The notes: a model not told the origin generated them from the letters alone. Counted from the first letter of the stretch, positions 1 to 13,655 are shown. The stretch: DNA of 64,000 nt from Octopus bimaculoides (GCF_001194135.2 NC_068997.1:1495556-1559555); one strand, 5' to 3'. Numbers and translations are program-made.

Positions 1-189
1 CCGATACTTGTGCGTTTATGTCGCCGTACCCTAGTGGTTCGGAAGAGGCACCGATAGAAAAAGTACTAGGCTTACAAAGAATAAGTCATGGGGGGCAATT
101 TGTTCGACGAAAACCCTTTAAGGCAAAACTCCAACATGGCCGCAGTCAAATGAATGAAACAAGTAAAAGAATAAAAGAGTAAAAGAATA
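1..189 (+). mobile_element. 3' part of tRNA-derived SINE, family A (truncated by window edge)
   Basis: Matches 62748-62920 (ccgatagaa.aagtactaggcttacaaagaataagtc...catggccgcagtcaaatga.tgaaacaa.taaaaga) and ends in a (TAAAAGA)-like tail. Confidence 0.85.
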
Positions 190-412
190 TATTTACCTAG
201 ATATACTGAGTTTCTCTGGGCATGTCTTATGTTATATTCTTTCAGCAGTGGTTCCTTTAACATTTTTACAGATTCTGCTATTTCCTTCTGATTGCTTAGG
301 GTAACTTTTTTCTCATATGTAACAACAATAATTCAATATGCATACCATTATTTCCACTCTTGGTACAGCTTTCTAACGAGGTAAATCCGATTGCACACAC
401 GCGGCCGTACGC

Positions 413-470
<58 letters not shown>

Positions 471-1458
471 TATAAATAAATCGTTATGCATGCCTAGTCA
501 TCTCTCTACATAGTAAAATAATCAGGGTATCAGAATATATCTTTGCAATTTTGGAACGGATATTTTTGGAAACCTTTGCTAAGAGTAAACATGAGAAAAA
601 TCAAAATTAAAGGCAGTATCATTTTAAAATGTAATAACATTAAAAAATAGAGGTTGTGGTGTGGAGTACGGAATACGGAATAAATTTAATGTAAGTGTCT
701 AACAGCTTCTGGTAAAATGAATAACTTTGATTACGCGAGGAAAATGCACAATACAGTGACGTAACCTGGAAATATGTTTTCCTATGTTTCCATCCATAGA
801 AGCATGACGAAACATCTGGAAACATGTATATGCAATGATGATAAATTCTAGATATATATTCACAACTTAAATTTGGACACCACTTTAGAGAAAAGTTAAT
901 AGAATCCATTTAATGCTTTCAAAAGTGATAGTAAAATCGTGTTTATTCGAATGTCATCATATATACATTTTCAGAAGTTAAATATTTCAGTCATGATTTT
1001 AAAACTTAATTGAATGTAATTATAAATGATTCAATTAGAACTCATTTTCGAACCAAGGAGAACAATTCTGGAAATCTCTTCTGTTCACGTATTCGGATTA
1101 AAAAAATTAAAATTCTTTGTAAAAACAAGTTTTTTTTTCTTCTTTTGTTTAAGGGGTCGATTCTAAAATCGAAATTTTGACATTGAAGCTCGAAAGTAAA
1201 CACTCAGAGATATTTGATATGGCATTCTACTCTTTCAATTCCACTGATTATATATCTGTTATCTGCTACGGCAATTTCATTGTTGTGATTGTTATCACTG
1301 TCGAAAAGAAGCTAACGTCTTTGCACTGGATTTGGTTTATATCAATGTAGGTTGGTTATGAGCGATAAGCAAATGAATTTACCTGGCGCAAATATTCCCA
1401 AACAATCTAGTGACATACACACTCACTCAAATACGTATATTATCTGCGCGTGCGTGCG

Positions 1459-1495
<37 letters not shown>

Positions 1496-2984
1496 GTGCG
1501 TGTGTCAAAACTAAACATATTCTCCACATTGAAAAATATATTATTTCTACTAACCTTTTCAATTAGGAAATTATTCTAAATAATTAATCAAACACATCTT
1601 TTGCCGTTTAAACACTTTTTTTTTACGTTTGGTGCAATCCTCCTTCATACAATATTTTTAATTAAAGCAATTTTTACTGTATTGCAATGGAAAAAAAATA
1701 TAAACAATCAAATAATAAAGACAAGAAAGACATTTCTTGATGAGTCTCTGCGTAATTAAATCTTCTATCGCCCATCCCATAACTTGTCATTTTGACAAAA
1801 GTAATTAAACAGATTAGCGATTGCATGACATATGGAATAAAACCAAAACTGATTAACTATTAATTTCACTTTCACTAAAATCTTCTGAGTAGTCTGTGAC
1901 TACTACAAGAACGTGATTCAGTATATATATATTTAATATATGTACTTATATATAGGCGTAAAAACATAAATATAATTATGTGATTGAGTGTTTATGTGTT
2001 TGCGTGTTTAAATATATATTTTAGAAGTAGCTGTTTATTTGATTACACAAATCAGCAGAAGATGATTTCAGATGGCTCAGAAATAATTTCTGTTTCCTGT
2101 TTCGTAACTGTGCTTGCTCAGTTTTTTTTCTTCAATAGTTTATTTTTGTAATGTAATTAATCATATTCAATAATTATATTTGAAACCTTTTTTGATCATT
2201 TTCAGGTTATTTAAGCAGATCATTACCGTGTAAACGTGTAAAATCGTCTGCTATGTTTCTGACACTTTTAGCTCGCAGAAAATGATAATCTGTCAAAAGG
2301 AACTTATGAAAATATGCTTTGACTATGGAATGGGGAAGAAAAACTGAATTTGCTCCCCTTTTTAAGTGGATTACATGATTAGTTAGCAAGAGAGATGGTA
2401 AATGATCTTTTAAGTGCAGTCGGTAGAAGTGCTGGACATTTTAGAGATCCTGAATACTCCACCGAAGAAAATTTCCAAGCAAGATTATTGACTGAAGAGC
2501 ATTTTACTTATCTCACTACAGTCGTATCACTCGCAAGACGCCTGACAATAACTATCGTTCAGAGCTCATCACAAATCTATCTCAAAATCATGTGGCAGTT
2601 GGTTGGCACGTTTTCATTTATTCTTCACGAAGAAATGTGAAAGCAGTTCTATTGCGAAACAGGAATATAATGTCATCGTTTCCCACTGAACATTTGCCCA
2701 CCTAAAACAAGCTTCAAATACAGACACCATGGACGATTCGATAATATTCAACGCTGTGTTCATCAATTAAATTGCAGTAGAGATCTCAGGATGGTGGCAT
2801 ACTGGTGAGTCTACAGGCAGAATTTTCAAAATACTGATACTTTCTTTATTTCTTTGAGGCACTCTTGTTATCGTTAATCACTAAGGTCTCCCAGGAATGG
2901 GAAGTCTTTATATCTTCATCCAAAGTTCTTTGTCGAAACCTTTGGTGCCGTAAACGTTGGGGTAGAATGATTGTATTTCATATT

Positions 2985-3156
2985 TCATTTACCTGGTTCA
3001 GTCAGTTGACTGCGGCAATACTGGAGCACCGCCTTTGGCCGAACAAATCGACCCCAAGACTTATTCTTTGTAAGCTTAGTACTTATTCTATCGGGGACGT
3101 AAACACACAATCATCGATTGTCAAGTGATGGTAGGGGGACAAGCACAGACACACAT

Positions 3157-3236
<80 letters not shown>

Positions 3237-3410
3237 GTATGTATGTATACATATACAACGGGCTTCTTTCAGTTTTCGTCTACGAAATCCACTCATAAGG
3301 CTTTGATCGGCCCGCGGCTATAGTAGATGACACTTATTCAATGTGCCACGCAGCGGTACTGAATCTGGAACCATGTGGTTGAGAAGGAAGCTTCTTACCA
3401 CACAGCCACG
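2985..3410 (-). mobile_element. Near full-length SINE family A with central (TA)/(TATG) microsatellite
   Basis: Reverse complement gives the tRNA-like head gtggctgtgtggtaagaagctt...accacatggttccagattcag, the central microsatellite and the same 3' domain as 62495-62920. Confidence 0.9.
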
Positions 3411-3911
3411 AATATTCATGCAGTAAAAACGCGATGGCAGGTAAATTATAAACGTGGTATGTTTGTTGACTGTTGTTGGGTGCTATACTTCGGGAAAACA
3501 GACCGAGCTTATAAGAGAAAGTCAAATGCACAACATCAAATATATTGTGTAATGTATATGCTTCAATTACATGTGAATCTAATTGAATTTGTGATATAAA
3601 ACACGAGGAAAAATTAATTTTACATACATTAATCAACTGTGTGCTAGGTGTTACAGGTCAAACAATAAACACTTTTTGCATAAAGTATTAATTAATATTA
3701 CGAAATTATTGATAAAAACGAAACAAAAAAACTATTTCAAAAGCTAGACGTGTGAATGAAAAAGTCTTATTTTATCTCTGATGAAATATGTTTTGTTGAT
3801 CTGTTTTTTCATTTGTTTAGTATATGACTAATTATGTTTATTAACTCAATAAAGATTATTTAAAACTTTTAATCGGGTTATATAACATGTAAGATGACAA
3901 TAATATTTCTG

Positions 3912-4311
3912 TATTCTTTTATTTTTTGTACTTGTTTCAATCATTTGACTGCGGCTAATTCTGGAGCACCACTTTGAAGGGTTTTTAGTTGAACAAATCG
4001 ACCTCAGGACTTATTTTTTTAAGCCTAGTATTTATTTTCTTTTGCCGAGTCGCTAAGGTACAGAAACGTAAACACACCAACACTAGATGTCAAACGGTGA
4101 TGGGGGACTAACAACGATACAACAACACGCAGAGCTATATGTATATATGATAGGCTTCTTTCAGTTTCCGACTACCAAATCCAGTCAGAAGGCTCTTGTT
4201 GGCCCGAGGCTATAGTAGAAGGCATTTGGCCAAGGCGCCACGCACTTGGCCCGAATCCGAAATCATGTGGTTGAGAAGCAAGTTTCTTACCACTCAACCA
4301 CGCATGCGCCT
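3912..4311 (-). mobile_element. SINE family A copy
   Basis: Head aggcgcatgcgtggttgagtggtaagaaactt and 3' domain ggtgctccagaattagccgcagtcaaatgattgaaacaag on the minus strand. Confidence 0.9.
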
Positions 4312-4484
4312 ATTATTTCAAAATTTAAGTATAATTGACATTGTATGTTGTTGTAAGAGCAGAAAAACAGGTGCCTTTGGCGTGTAGCTAAAGGCATTAT
4401 CTATCTATCTATCTATCTATCTAGCTATCTATCTATCTATCTATATATATCTATCTATACACTATATATGTATACAGTATGATA

Positions 4485-4515
<31 letters not shown>

Positions 4516-4530
4516 GGGTGTGTGTGTGTA

Positions 4531-4558
4531 TGTATATTTTCTATATAGAAAATATACA
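4531..4558. repeat. Perfect 28-bp palindrome flanked by (TG)n and (CA)n arms
   Basis: tgtatattttctat/atagaaaatataca is self-complementary. TG-rich 4483-4530 and CA-rich 4559-4610 extend the fold-back imperfectly. Confidence 0.9.
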
Positions 4559-4879
4559 CCCCCCCACCCCCACCCCCACACGCACACAAACACACACACA
4601 CACACACACATATATTGTTCAATTCTTTATATTTATATATACATATAGCGGCGTACGCACACATGTGTGCTCACCTTATAATGGGTAATGTATCTAATTT
4701 TTGTACGACTCTTTCACTCTATCTTTTAGTCCCCCACATACTTTCTTCCTCTTTTCTTTTTCTTGCCCACCTCTCTCTCTCCCTCACACATTTCTTGGCC
4801 CTCTCTTTCCTTAACTCACACCTTTCCTCCTCGCTTATCTCCCCTATACCTTTACCTTTGTCTCTGATTTTTTTCTAAT

Positions 4880-5345
4880 CTTTCAATCCTGCTGCCCCCT
4901 ACTCCTCTTACCTCCGTCCGCATGACCGTTATCCGGTCAGCCATGATCTGTCTTTCTTGGCCTGACTGCCGACCGCCGACCGCCGACCGCCGACACCTCT
5001 TATGTCCAAACCAGCTCCGTTCGATTCGTTCTCAGTCGAAAGACTGTTGTATTCTTGTTGTTTGTATTCGTGACTGCGTTCCACGTTCTCCGTTCTTGTC
5101 TTTGTTGCTCTACACATTCGCTAGCTTTCTTACAAAAAATCTAATGCCCTTAGCTTAGGCTTTTTAAGGGCCAACCAGATCGAACTGTCTCAAGCGTAAC
5201 TGCCCGAAGCAGCAAGGACAGCTTGTAACTTGTCTGAGGAACGAAGGCCACGAATCACCCGTCTTTCTTTTTTGCCTGTCTTTCTAATTATTTCTGCTGT
5301 CCGACATTGTATTGTCTGTCTGTCCGAATGTTTTATTCTCCTCCG
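4880..5345. other. Unclassified GC-richer repeat-like segment with (CCGACCG)n and hairpins
   Basis: GC is higher than the flanks. It contains the tandem ccgaccg at about 4969-4993, the hairpin CAGTC-GAAA-GACTG at 5033-5046 and a gccctta...taagggc inverted repeat. No credible ORF. Confidence 0.4.
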
Positions 5346-5360
5346 TTGCGTCTTTGTTCC

Positions 5361-5412
<52 letters not shown>

Positions 5413-5439
5413 TATATATATATATATAATGTATGTATT

Positions 5440-6600
5440 GATCAATGATAGAAAATTCAACAAAAACGTACTCCATCTGGTGGGAGATAGATATAATTTA
5501 TTTAAAGGTCACAATACATGCATTAAAGCGCTACAAATAGTTTCATATGTTGAGAAACCTCAAGCATAATCTTCAGGTTCAAACCACATATCATAACGAA
5601 CTAAAAAAATAGAATAATAGAAGAAACGCGAAAAACTGAGAAGGCAGCATATCCTCCTTAGACCTTACATGATATCAAGTCAGTCAAGAGAATTTTCCAA
5701 TTCTTCAAACTATATTTATACATATGCATGCAACCACTGAACATTTCTGACTTTGATTTCAATAGAGAGTTTGGGATCTTAGATCTGAACAGGATCTGCG
5801 CTGTTTCAGCCAAACAATGTCTATATTTATTCGATCCATTCACATAAGGTATGGCTTTCTCAATTACTTTCCATTGAATCACATACGGTGTTTCGTTATT
5901 TTTCAAAGTCCATACGTAGCTAACTTAGTAACTGTTCTTTTATCCCTATGTCGGAAGGAGACTATGTGATTGGTATAGCGATTTTTAAATTCACGTTCAC
6001 ATAATCCAGTATAGGTTTTCTTATCAGTTGTATTATTTTTTAGCGTTGCAGTACCTTCTACCTCATATATGATAAATTTAGTCATACATCGTTTATCAAG
6101 TGGACAAGGTCCTGGGCTTCGACAGTTGCCAATCGATTCAGGTTCTTGGTATTGACCACATGTAATGATTCTCTTCATATGGGGGCAGCAGCTATATGAT
6201 AATTTTACAGAACGCCTATCAAATATTTTCCTATATCGGTGAGTGGTTGGAAAGTGTTTGTCTAGGAAAGACAGGAATCTTTTACAAATGTTAATTTTTT
6301 TTTTATATTAAGAGAAAAGGAAGGGGTGAACCATATAATTTTCCATAGCCTATTTTTAGGTTTCTTATTATCTTGATTAATACTAGAGTAGTTGCATGCA
6401 TATGTATAAATGTAGTTTGAAGAATTGGAAAATTTCGCCCCGTTCTACTGTTTGTGTAACTTTTAATGCCAAAGTTTTGTACAAGTTCTTCCAACCCAGA
6501 TTTATGACTGCTCCATAGATAAGTTTACCTATACTTTTGATTGATGAAACCGAGTCATTTGGATATGTTTCTTTCATGTGTTTCTACATAATTTAGAGCA
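5440..6600 (-). mobile_element. Penelope-like element (PLE) fragment: RT-thumb/linker, GIY-YIG endonuclease and 3' UTR; frameshifted
   Basis: Minus-strand translation gives KIIWFTPSFSLN...RFLSFLDKHFPTTHRYRKIFDRRSVKLSYSCCPHMKRII, then GNCRSPGPCPLDKRCMTKFIIYEV...KTYTGLCEREFKNRYTNHIVSFRH and QWKVIEKAIPYVNGSNKYRHCLAE...KSEMFSGCMH. These are characteristic PLE linker and GIY-YIG motifs. Confidence 0.92.
5528..5580 (-). ncRNA. Degenerate type I hammerhead ribozyme in the PLE 3' UTR/pLTR
   Basis: Minus strand: CUGAAGA (5576-5570), stem II UAUG(C)UUGAG-GUUU-CUCAA-CAUA, GAAA (5544-5541), stem III CUA-UUUG-UAG. The cleavage triplet reads GCG instead of GUH and stem I is poor. Confidence 0.55.
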
Positions 6601-6685
6601 ATAGTGATCACATTAGAAATACTGATTAGAGAAAAGGAGATTTATTTCAATCAGCCCCTAACTAAACAGTTCCTGTAACACTGGT

Positions 6686-6807
6686 CTCCTTTATCTTCCT
6701 CTTAACCAGTATCAATCCGTTTACCGTTTTGATGTTTTGCAAACAATTCCTATGATTCTGGACTCCTTTATTTTCCTCCTAACCAGTATCAACCCGTTTA
6801 CCGTTTT
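6686..6807 (-). repeat. 45-bp direct repeat pair (6686-6730 and 6763-6807)
   Basis: 3 mismatches in 45 nt. Both copies translate on the minus strand as KTVNGLILV(R/K)RKIKE. Confidence 0.85.
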
Positions 6808-8683
6808 TAGCTCTTCAACTTTATCTTTATCTACTTGTCACACTACTAAAAGATTATACGCTGCATACGGAAACGAATTCTTTAGTGCATGACATCTTTA
6901 AAATTCATTAAATAAAAACCTCCACAGCAGCAGGTTTAGTAGCATTCTCTCTCCCACCCACCCCATCCTTGCACAGCCTACTTAACACTCTCTAATTTAG
7001 TATTCTTAAATTTGATGTGTCGCGAAGGAAAAGAGAAGAGCAAAATGTGGGAGTTGATGATAGATGAACTTGTGTTGAACAAATATAAAAATAGCAGCTC
7101 GTATTTTTATACTTTCCGATTAAGACACAACTAGAAACCTTAAATTTTATGCCGCGAGAAAGAGGATTTTATTCCCGTGTTTGAAATTATTAGTTTTTAT
7201 AATTCTTGGAGGAAACCATCACTACTTGCATCAGATTCTACTGTATTACTAAATAGAGAATGTTTTCCAGAACTATTTATACGTCTTCTATAAATGTTTC
7301 AGTTATTTGCTACTTCAAGGACTTGGAGTAAGCTTTGGTTTCGACGGTTTCAATGATGTTTTTCTTTTTTTCAAAGTCTCAAATCTCTTGCAGCCTTACC
7401 ATTGAGATTAGGCTCTTGTCACTCATTATGGATTATATGTCATTGATACTATACATTATCTCATCTAATGTCCGTTACTTTAAACTAACTTTTACTCCTC
7501 TAAACTTTGCCCGACCAATGCCTGTTCACGATGATTTCGAGGATCTCTTTGTCAGAAAAATACTGTCAAAATTTAACTAAAATATCAAATGAGATTATTT
7601 GAAACTTTTTACAGGTTGTATAAATTATTAAATTCCTTTATATTGACATACTAGTGACATTAAAGGATGTTTTCAAAGTTTCTCTATTGAGGAATTGTTT
7701 GCCTGGATAAGTAACTAATACATATTTAGCAAACTTACAAATGTTTGAAATTAACACTTTTTGGTAACTGGATGATAAATAAATGCTTAGATATTCCATG
7801 GTATCTGATAGTGATTCTTGAGACGTGTATTCCCAGATCGCAGAAATAAAATGAGCACAGTATTGCGGTAAATCAAGGAACTATTTATTTATATCGAGAC
7901 TTTAGAATTTGTTTAGTATATCGAAGTAATCCGATTGATTCATGCTTCTTTCGTGTTTAGAATTTGATTTCTCTAACACAGCGAGAACCAAAAAAACCAG
8001 CATCATGCTCGAAAAACCTCGATTCTGTTACTACAATTTTCTTTCACTATTTCCATTACTGTTATCAGCTATCTTAAATCTTTACGCCTTAGTGCGCCAC
8101 CTAGAGGTATTCAATGATCTAGTTAATTTAAATAGCAATGTGCTGCTGAAATTGAATATTTCAGAAGCGGATTTCATTTCTTGGATGCAACACACATTAT
8201 TCAAATCAACGCATCGCTTCCCTGTTGCCAGTAAAACCGTAAGGATAATCAATTAGCATTTTTTGAAAGAAAAATACTTTTTTTACTGCATCACTGTAAT
8301 TTAGCCTGGTGTTCAATTCGCTCGATTTTACCCTATTATGATCCTCCTACACTCTCACTTTCCCGTTATTGTTTTTTTTTTTTGTAATTTCTCGAGCATT
8401 TCGTCAAAATAGCTATTTTCAATCGATACAGACGTTCTGCTGGAGTTTCGTTAAGAGACTCAAGTCAATGTATATAATTCGGAAAAAATAATTCAAAGCT
8501 TTTCCAATGTGGTTTAAACATAAAATTGAGGCAGTAGATGCTCTTCAGATACATTTCAAGTTACCTTCAATAGAAATAGGTGGTTTTACAAGTCAAAGTG
8601 ATAAATATTTATCCAAGTCTCTCTTGCTTTCTCTCTCTCTCTCACACACACACACTTTCTATATATATATATATATATATATA

Positions 8684-9159
8684 NNNNNNNNNNNNNNNNN
8701 NNNNNNNNNNNNNNNNNNNNNNNNNNNNNNNNNNNNNNNNNNNNNNNNNNNNNNNNNNNNNNNNNNNNNNNNNNNNNNNNNNNNNNNNNNNNNNNNNNNN
8801 NNNNNNNNNNNNNNNNNNNNNNNNNNNNNNNNNNNNNNNNNNNNNNNNNNNNNNNNNNNNNNNNNNNNNNNNNNNNNNNNNNNNNNNNNNNNNNNNNNNN
8901 NNNNNNNNNNNNNNNNNNNNNNNNNNNNNNNNNNNNNNNNNNNNNNNNNNNNNNNNNNNNNNNNNNNNNNNNNNNNNNNNNNNNNNNNNNNNNNNNNNNN
9001 NNNNNNNNNNNNNNNNNNNNNNNNNNNNNNNNNNNNNNNNNNNNNNNNNNNNNNNNNNNNNNNNNNNNNNNNNNNNNNNNNNNNNNNNNNNNNNNNNNNN
9101 NNNNNNNNNNNNNNNNNNNNNNNNNNNNNNNNNNNNNNNNNNNNNNNNNNNNNNNNNNN
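8684..9159. other. Assembly gap (one of 14 N-runs, most bounded by microsatellites)
   Basis: N-run flanked by (TA)n. Similar gaps lie at about 12369, 14689, 27115, 28075, 32668, 35363, 43951, 45529, 55333, 55962, 57322, 58813 and 60856. Confidence 0.98.
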
Positions 9160-9214
<55 letters not shown>

Positions 9215-10270
9215 TATATACAAATATGTACATATAACATACACATATGTAATTATATATCCTCACACTTATTCACCTACACGCACTCACTCACACGTAC
9301 ATACAAATATGCATACATTCTACTTCTGCGAGCTGAAATAATTCTATAAACACTTTTTCCTCAATAGAATCGGTAGATCTTCGATAACAAAATATCGATT
9401 TCCTCTCAATTTGTAGCTGATTACACGCATTTCACGGCATTACTTCACTCAAGCTAAAAATGGCACGAATTATAGTAAGAATAAAAAATAAACATGAATT
9501 TTTTCTCACACGCTATTTTATTGCATTGAACTTAGAATTTTTCAGCGTTGACATATCTTGGTGCGAAACATCGCTTTGAATATGACCAAGGGATTTCACC
9601 TCTGTATCTTGTGACAAGAAATAACTACATGTGCATTATCTATCGACAAACTCTCGTGCAGACTTCATTTAGATAGACACTCACGCACAAACAGATATCC
9701 ACATATATATCGGTTAAATATTTCTATTTTTTTTTCATAAATGGTAGATATGAGAATGTCTGTGTAAGGAAATACCTGGAGGAATGTCTATCAAATATTT
9801 GACTGTACAAAGTGATATCTACAAATATACACAATTTTACGAACTTCGTCTATTGCTATTTAACGTCGGAAAGATATACTAACGCATTCTTAGTGATACA
9901 AAGATAGATAAAGTTCATTCATACATTTAATGATGTCATTGAGACAGTGAAGAAACCTGAGGATTTTTCTATCATGTTAGTGAACAATGTTATATATGCA
10001 TAATAATAGCTATTTTTTTGGTTCCAGGGAATGTTAATTACTAGTAAACTGAATGAAAGAGACTTCAATTTTCTGTGAAAAACCGCTTTGGAACTACATT
10101 CTTGGAATATCTTCTCAACCAATAACGATATGGCTTCTGAAGTAACGCTGAAGTAAATATAATTGGCAGCACCAGAAATTAGAAAACTTTTTATTTTAAG
10201 TCTTTAAATTTGATTGTCACAGGAGATTTATGAAGATGCAAAAGAACAAATTGTTCTCATTTCGTTGCGT

Positions 10271-10313
<43 letters not shown>

Positions 10314-10639
10314 GTCCAAGAAAGTATGGTGTAAATAACTGTGTATAACTGTTTAATAAAATTAAAAAAATTATATTGGAAAATCACCGTTCTCCTGACT
10401 TATTATATATATGATGTGTGTCCCCAAAATGTAGACACAGTTTAATAGGTAAGAACTCAGTGTTCATTTCTTCTTAGAATTCAATCATTAGAAATAATGA
10501 AGGGATCCAAACTAAGCATTGAACTGAAGAAATTTAGCTTAAATTGCAAAGTGTTTAGAAGACAGCTTTAAACAGATCGACTTATGCGACTTGTTATCAC
10601 ACGAATTGTAACTAATTTTGAAGCAGATGGAAGGGGTCA

Positions 10640-11570
10640 GAATGTATCTGAGAAACATTCCAGAAACTGCGGATGTCAACGAGGCTACAAAGCAAGAAAC
10701 ATATTGCCAAATTTCGAGAAAATCTGTGCGGCAAGTGAGTCATGAGGTAGGAATGCCTAAAAATCGATAGTCTGGTCCAAAAAGTTATATGTTGCAAACT
10801 TTAAATTATCAAACAACTTGCAAAGATTCCAAGATGCTATAGAAAATATTAATCTTGACCCAAACAATCTATGGGAAAATCTCAAGCAAATGTATTACAG
10901 GCTGGAAGTTCGTCAGTGGGATTTAGATCACTTAAGTCTAGTGACTGATTCTCAGATAGATCAGCAGACGTTCATGATCTACTTTTAGGAAAACAAAACT
11001 TAGGCAATACACTTCTTCCTCAGTCTTTGAATCTCAACTCAAACGAAGCTTACAGAAGGCTGAAAGGGAAAGTGCAGACTGCTCTAAGGAAAATTCAACA
11101 GGAATGGTAGGTTGATAGAGCAAAAGGGGTACAAGGGGCAGCTGATAGAAATGATGCCAAGGGTTTGTACTCTTACATTAAGGAGGTATATGGCCGAAAA
11201 ACTTCTTCAATAACTCCAGTGAGAACAGCAAATGGACGTTTGCTTCTGACTGACACCGCTTCTATTCATAAGCGCTGGGTAGAACATTTTCCTGTACTTT
11301 TGAATAGACCATCATCCGCTGACATGAGGACGATAGAAACAGTCGAACACCTTTCCATTATGGAAGAGATGGCATATGAAACAACTCTAAATGACATTTA
11401 TTTAGCCGTGAATAAGCTGAATAACAATAAATCTCCAGGGTCTGATGGAATCTGTGCAGAAGCCTTGAAATATGGGGGCGACACAATGTTTGAACTTTTA
11501 AATATATTAAATTGTCACTGTTGGAGAACTGAGAAAGTGACTTAAGACTGGATTGACGCCATTTTAGTCA
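10640..11570 (+). mobile_element. RTE-clade LINE fragment (EN-RT linker to start of RT)
   Basis: LYSYIKEVYGRKTSSITPVRTANGRLLLTDTASIHKRWVEHF..LLNRPS...AVNKLNNNKSPGSDGICAEALKYGG...W...*DWIDAILV, the typical RTE linker with a KAPGxDGI-like motif. Stops and frameshifts upstream. Confidence 0.9.
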
Positions 11571-11700
11571 TTTCGAGTATTGAATAAACAATGTGAGTGG
11601 GATTTATGGAGTGTCAAATGTTTGACCAACAACAGTACAATGTCTGCGTATGTATATATATATTTATACACATACACACACACACACGCACGCACGCACA

Positions 11701-11734
<34 letters not shown>

Positions 11735-13655
11735 ACCTTCCAAAACTAGAAACCATTAAGTACTATCCTATCATAATAAAATGACCGATTATGACAATTT
11801 TTATATATGTTACCACTGTAAACCATGACACCTTCAAGATGGTCGCCCTTGCAAGAATATAAAACAACTCCGAATAACGAGACTCAAAGATAGAAACGAT
11901 TCAAAGACAACTGCCTCACGGATATTTCTTTAGCTTTAATACCTAGGCAGAAGGCAGAACTACTCTGTCCGGCAGCAAGAATACGATACAATCATAAGCG
12001 CTGCCTGGGAATTAACAAACAAGTGGTTCAAACAAAACATTAACGCAATATTCCCATTTCGTCTACATCTGCTTATTATTACAAATACTAACATCGAATA
12101 TAAGCAATATAGTATTAACTTACATCTTCAAAGCTAGAAATTAGAAGGTAGTACCTACAAAGAGAGAAATCTTTTTCTTCCCGAAAGAACATTGCCTATA
12201 CGTTTGTACATCTGCCATGAATTTTCTCTTTTTGGTTTCATTTTTCTCCGACTACGCTTTCATATTTTAATTATTACTCTTTTCATGAAGTATAATATCA
12301 CTTTGAGCATTAAACTTATACAACAATTGTCAAGACCTATTTTCTTTTTGTTTTCATCGTTTCATATANNNNNNNNNNNNNNNNNNNNNNNNNNNNNNNN
12401 NNNNNNNNNNNNNNNNNNNNNNNNNNNNNNNNNNNNNNNNNNNNNNNNNNNNNNNNNNNNNNNNNNNNNNNNNNNNNNNNNNNNNNNNNNNNNNNNNNNN
12501 NNNNNNNNNNNNNNNATATATATATATATAGTACTTAGGTGGGTTATAATACCAATTCAAAAATAGGCACTGGTCGTAGTTCACTTCAATATTATAGTCA
12601 ATGAAATTAATTAGATAATTAATTAATTAACTGAATAATTGAACCTAAAGGCATTTCTTTACAATCATTGACTTCACCGACCAATAATGACCTTTCCCTT
12701 GTCACCCACTCCATAGTAATCTGTACAACGTCCCTACTATACGTTATTCGCAGAATATAACTTTAGCTCAAATAATATAATCCGTGGCTAATTTGAAACT
12801 TAGACTTAGATAAAGCAAAGAGGAAGTACACCGGAGACGAGGACGAACATTATCGATGACAAGGTGACAGAGAAGACAGATCTTTGGCACTCAATAAAAT
12901 ATTTAATTATCGTATGTAATTAATTCGCAACAAAAGTGAAGTAGTTCTGATTGAATAGCAATGCAACGTTTTCAATGCATAACAGCATCTGATTTCCCAT
13001 CATGATTCTTACAAAAACAAATAGGCTTTATGTGTGTGTGTGTGTGTTTCTTATTAGCGATAGAAGCAGTATCAGTTCGAAATAGTATACTGTATATCAT
13101 ACTTAACGTAAATATACCGTTGAAAGCCTGGAACATCCGTTGAAAGCCAGCAGTATCCGTCCCAAGAAAGCATTTCTTATGCACGTCTAGAGTTAAAAAT
13201 CACAGAAATATATAGCTGCAGCTGACGAAATTATCTAGCAGTGACATTGGAATTGCAAAAAAGTTATTCTGTTTTTTCGAGTCAAAACTGAATTTGTATC
13301 CAACCGGCGCTTTAATTGCACCACCAGTGATTTGCCAATCACTGCTTTTCTATATCAGTGGCAGCTAAATTTACATTAGCATGCGGTTTCTATTGGAATC
13401 TTGCCACTGATAATACTCAAGCACAAATACGTATTTAGCACTTCAAGTTTTACATACATACATACATACATACATAGATGCAAACATGCACGTGCGCACG
13501 CACAAAGCGTTAAAGAGTACGGAGTGGAATATAATTCTTTGAATGTCAAAGAAACAGGATTTAGACAATCAATTTCAATGGCTCACTGCTATTTCTACTA
13601 TAGAAAGCAATGCACCCACAACTCAGTACGTGCACAACGTCTCATGTAGTATATA

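Noticed and set aside
7300-8260. Faint piggyBac-like (FSDKEILEIIVN, TLDEI) and Merlin-like peptides
   Set aside because: The similarity is too short and fragmented to support a call without a profile search.
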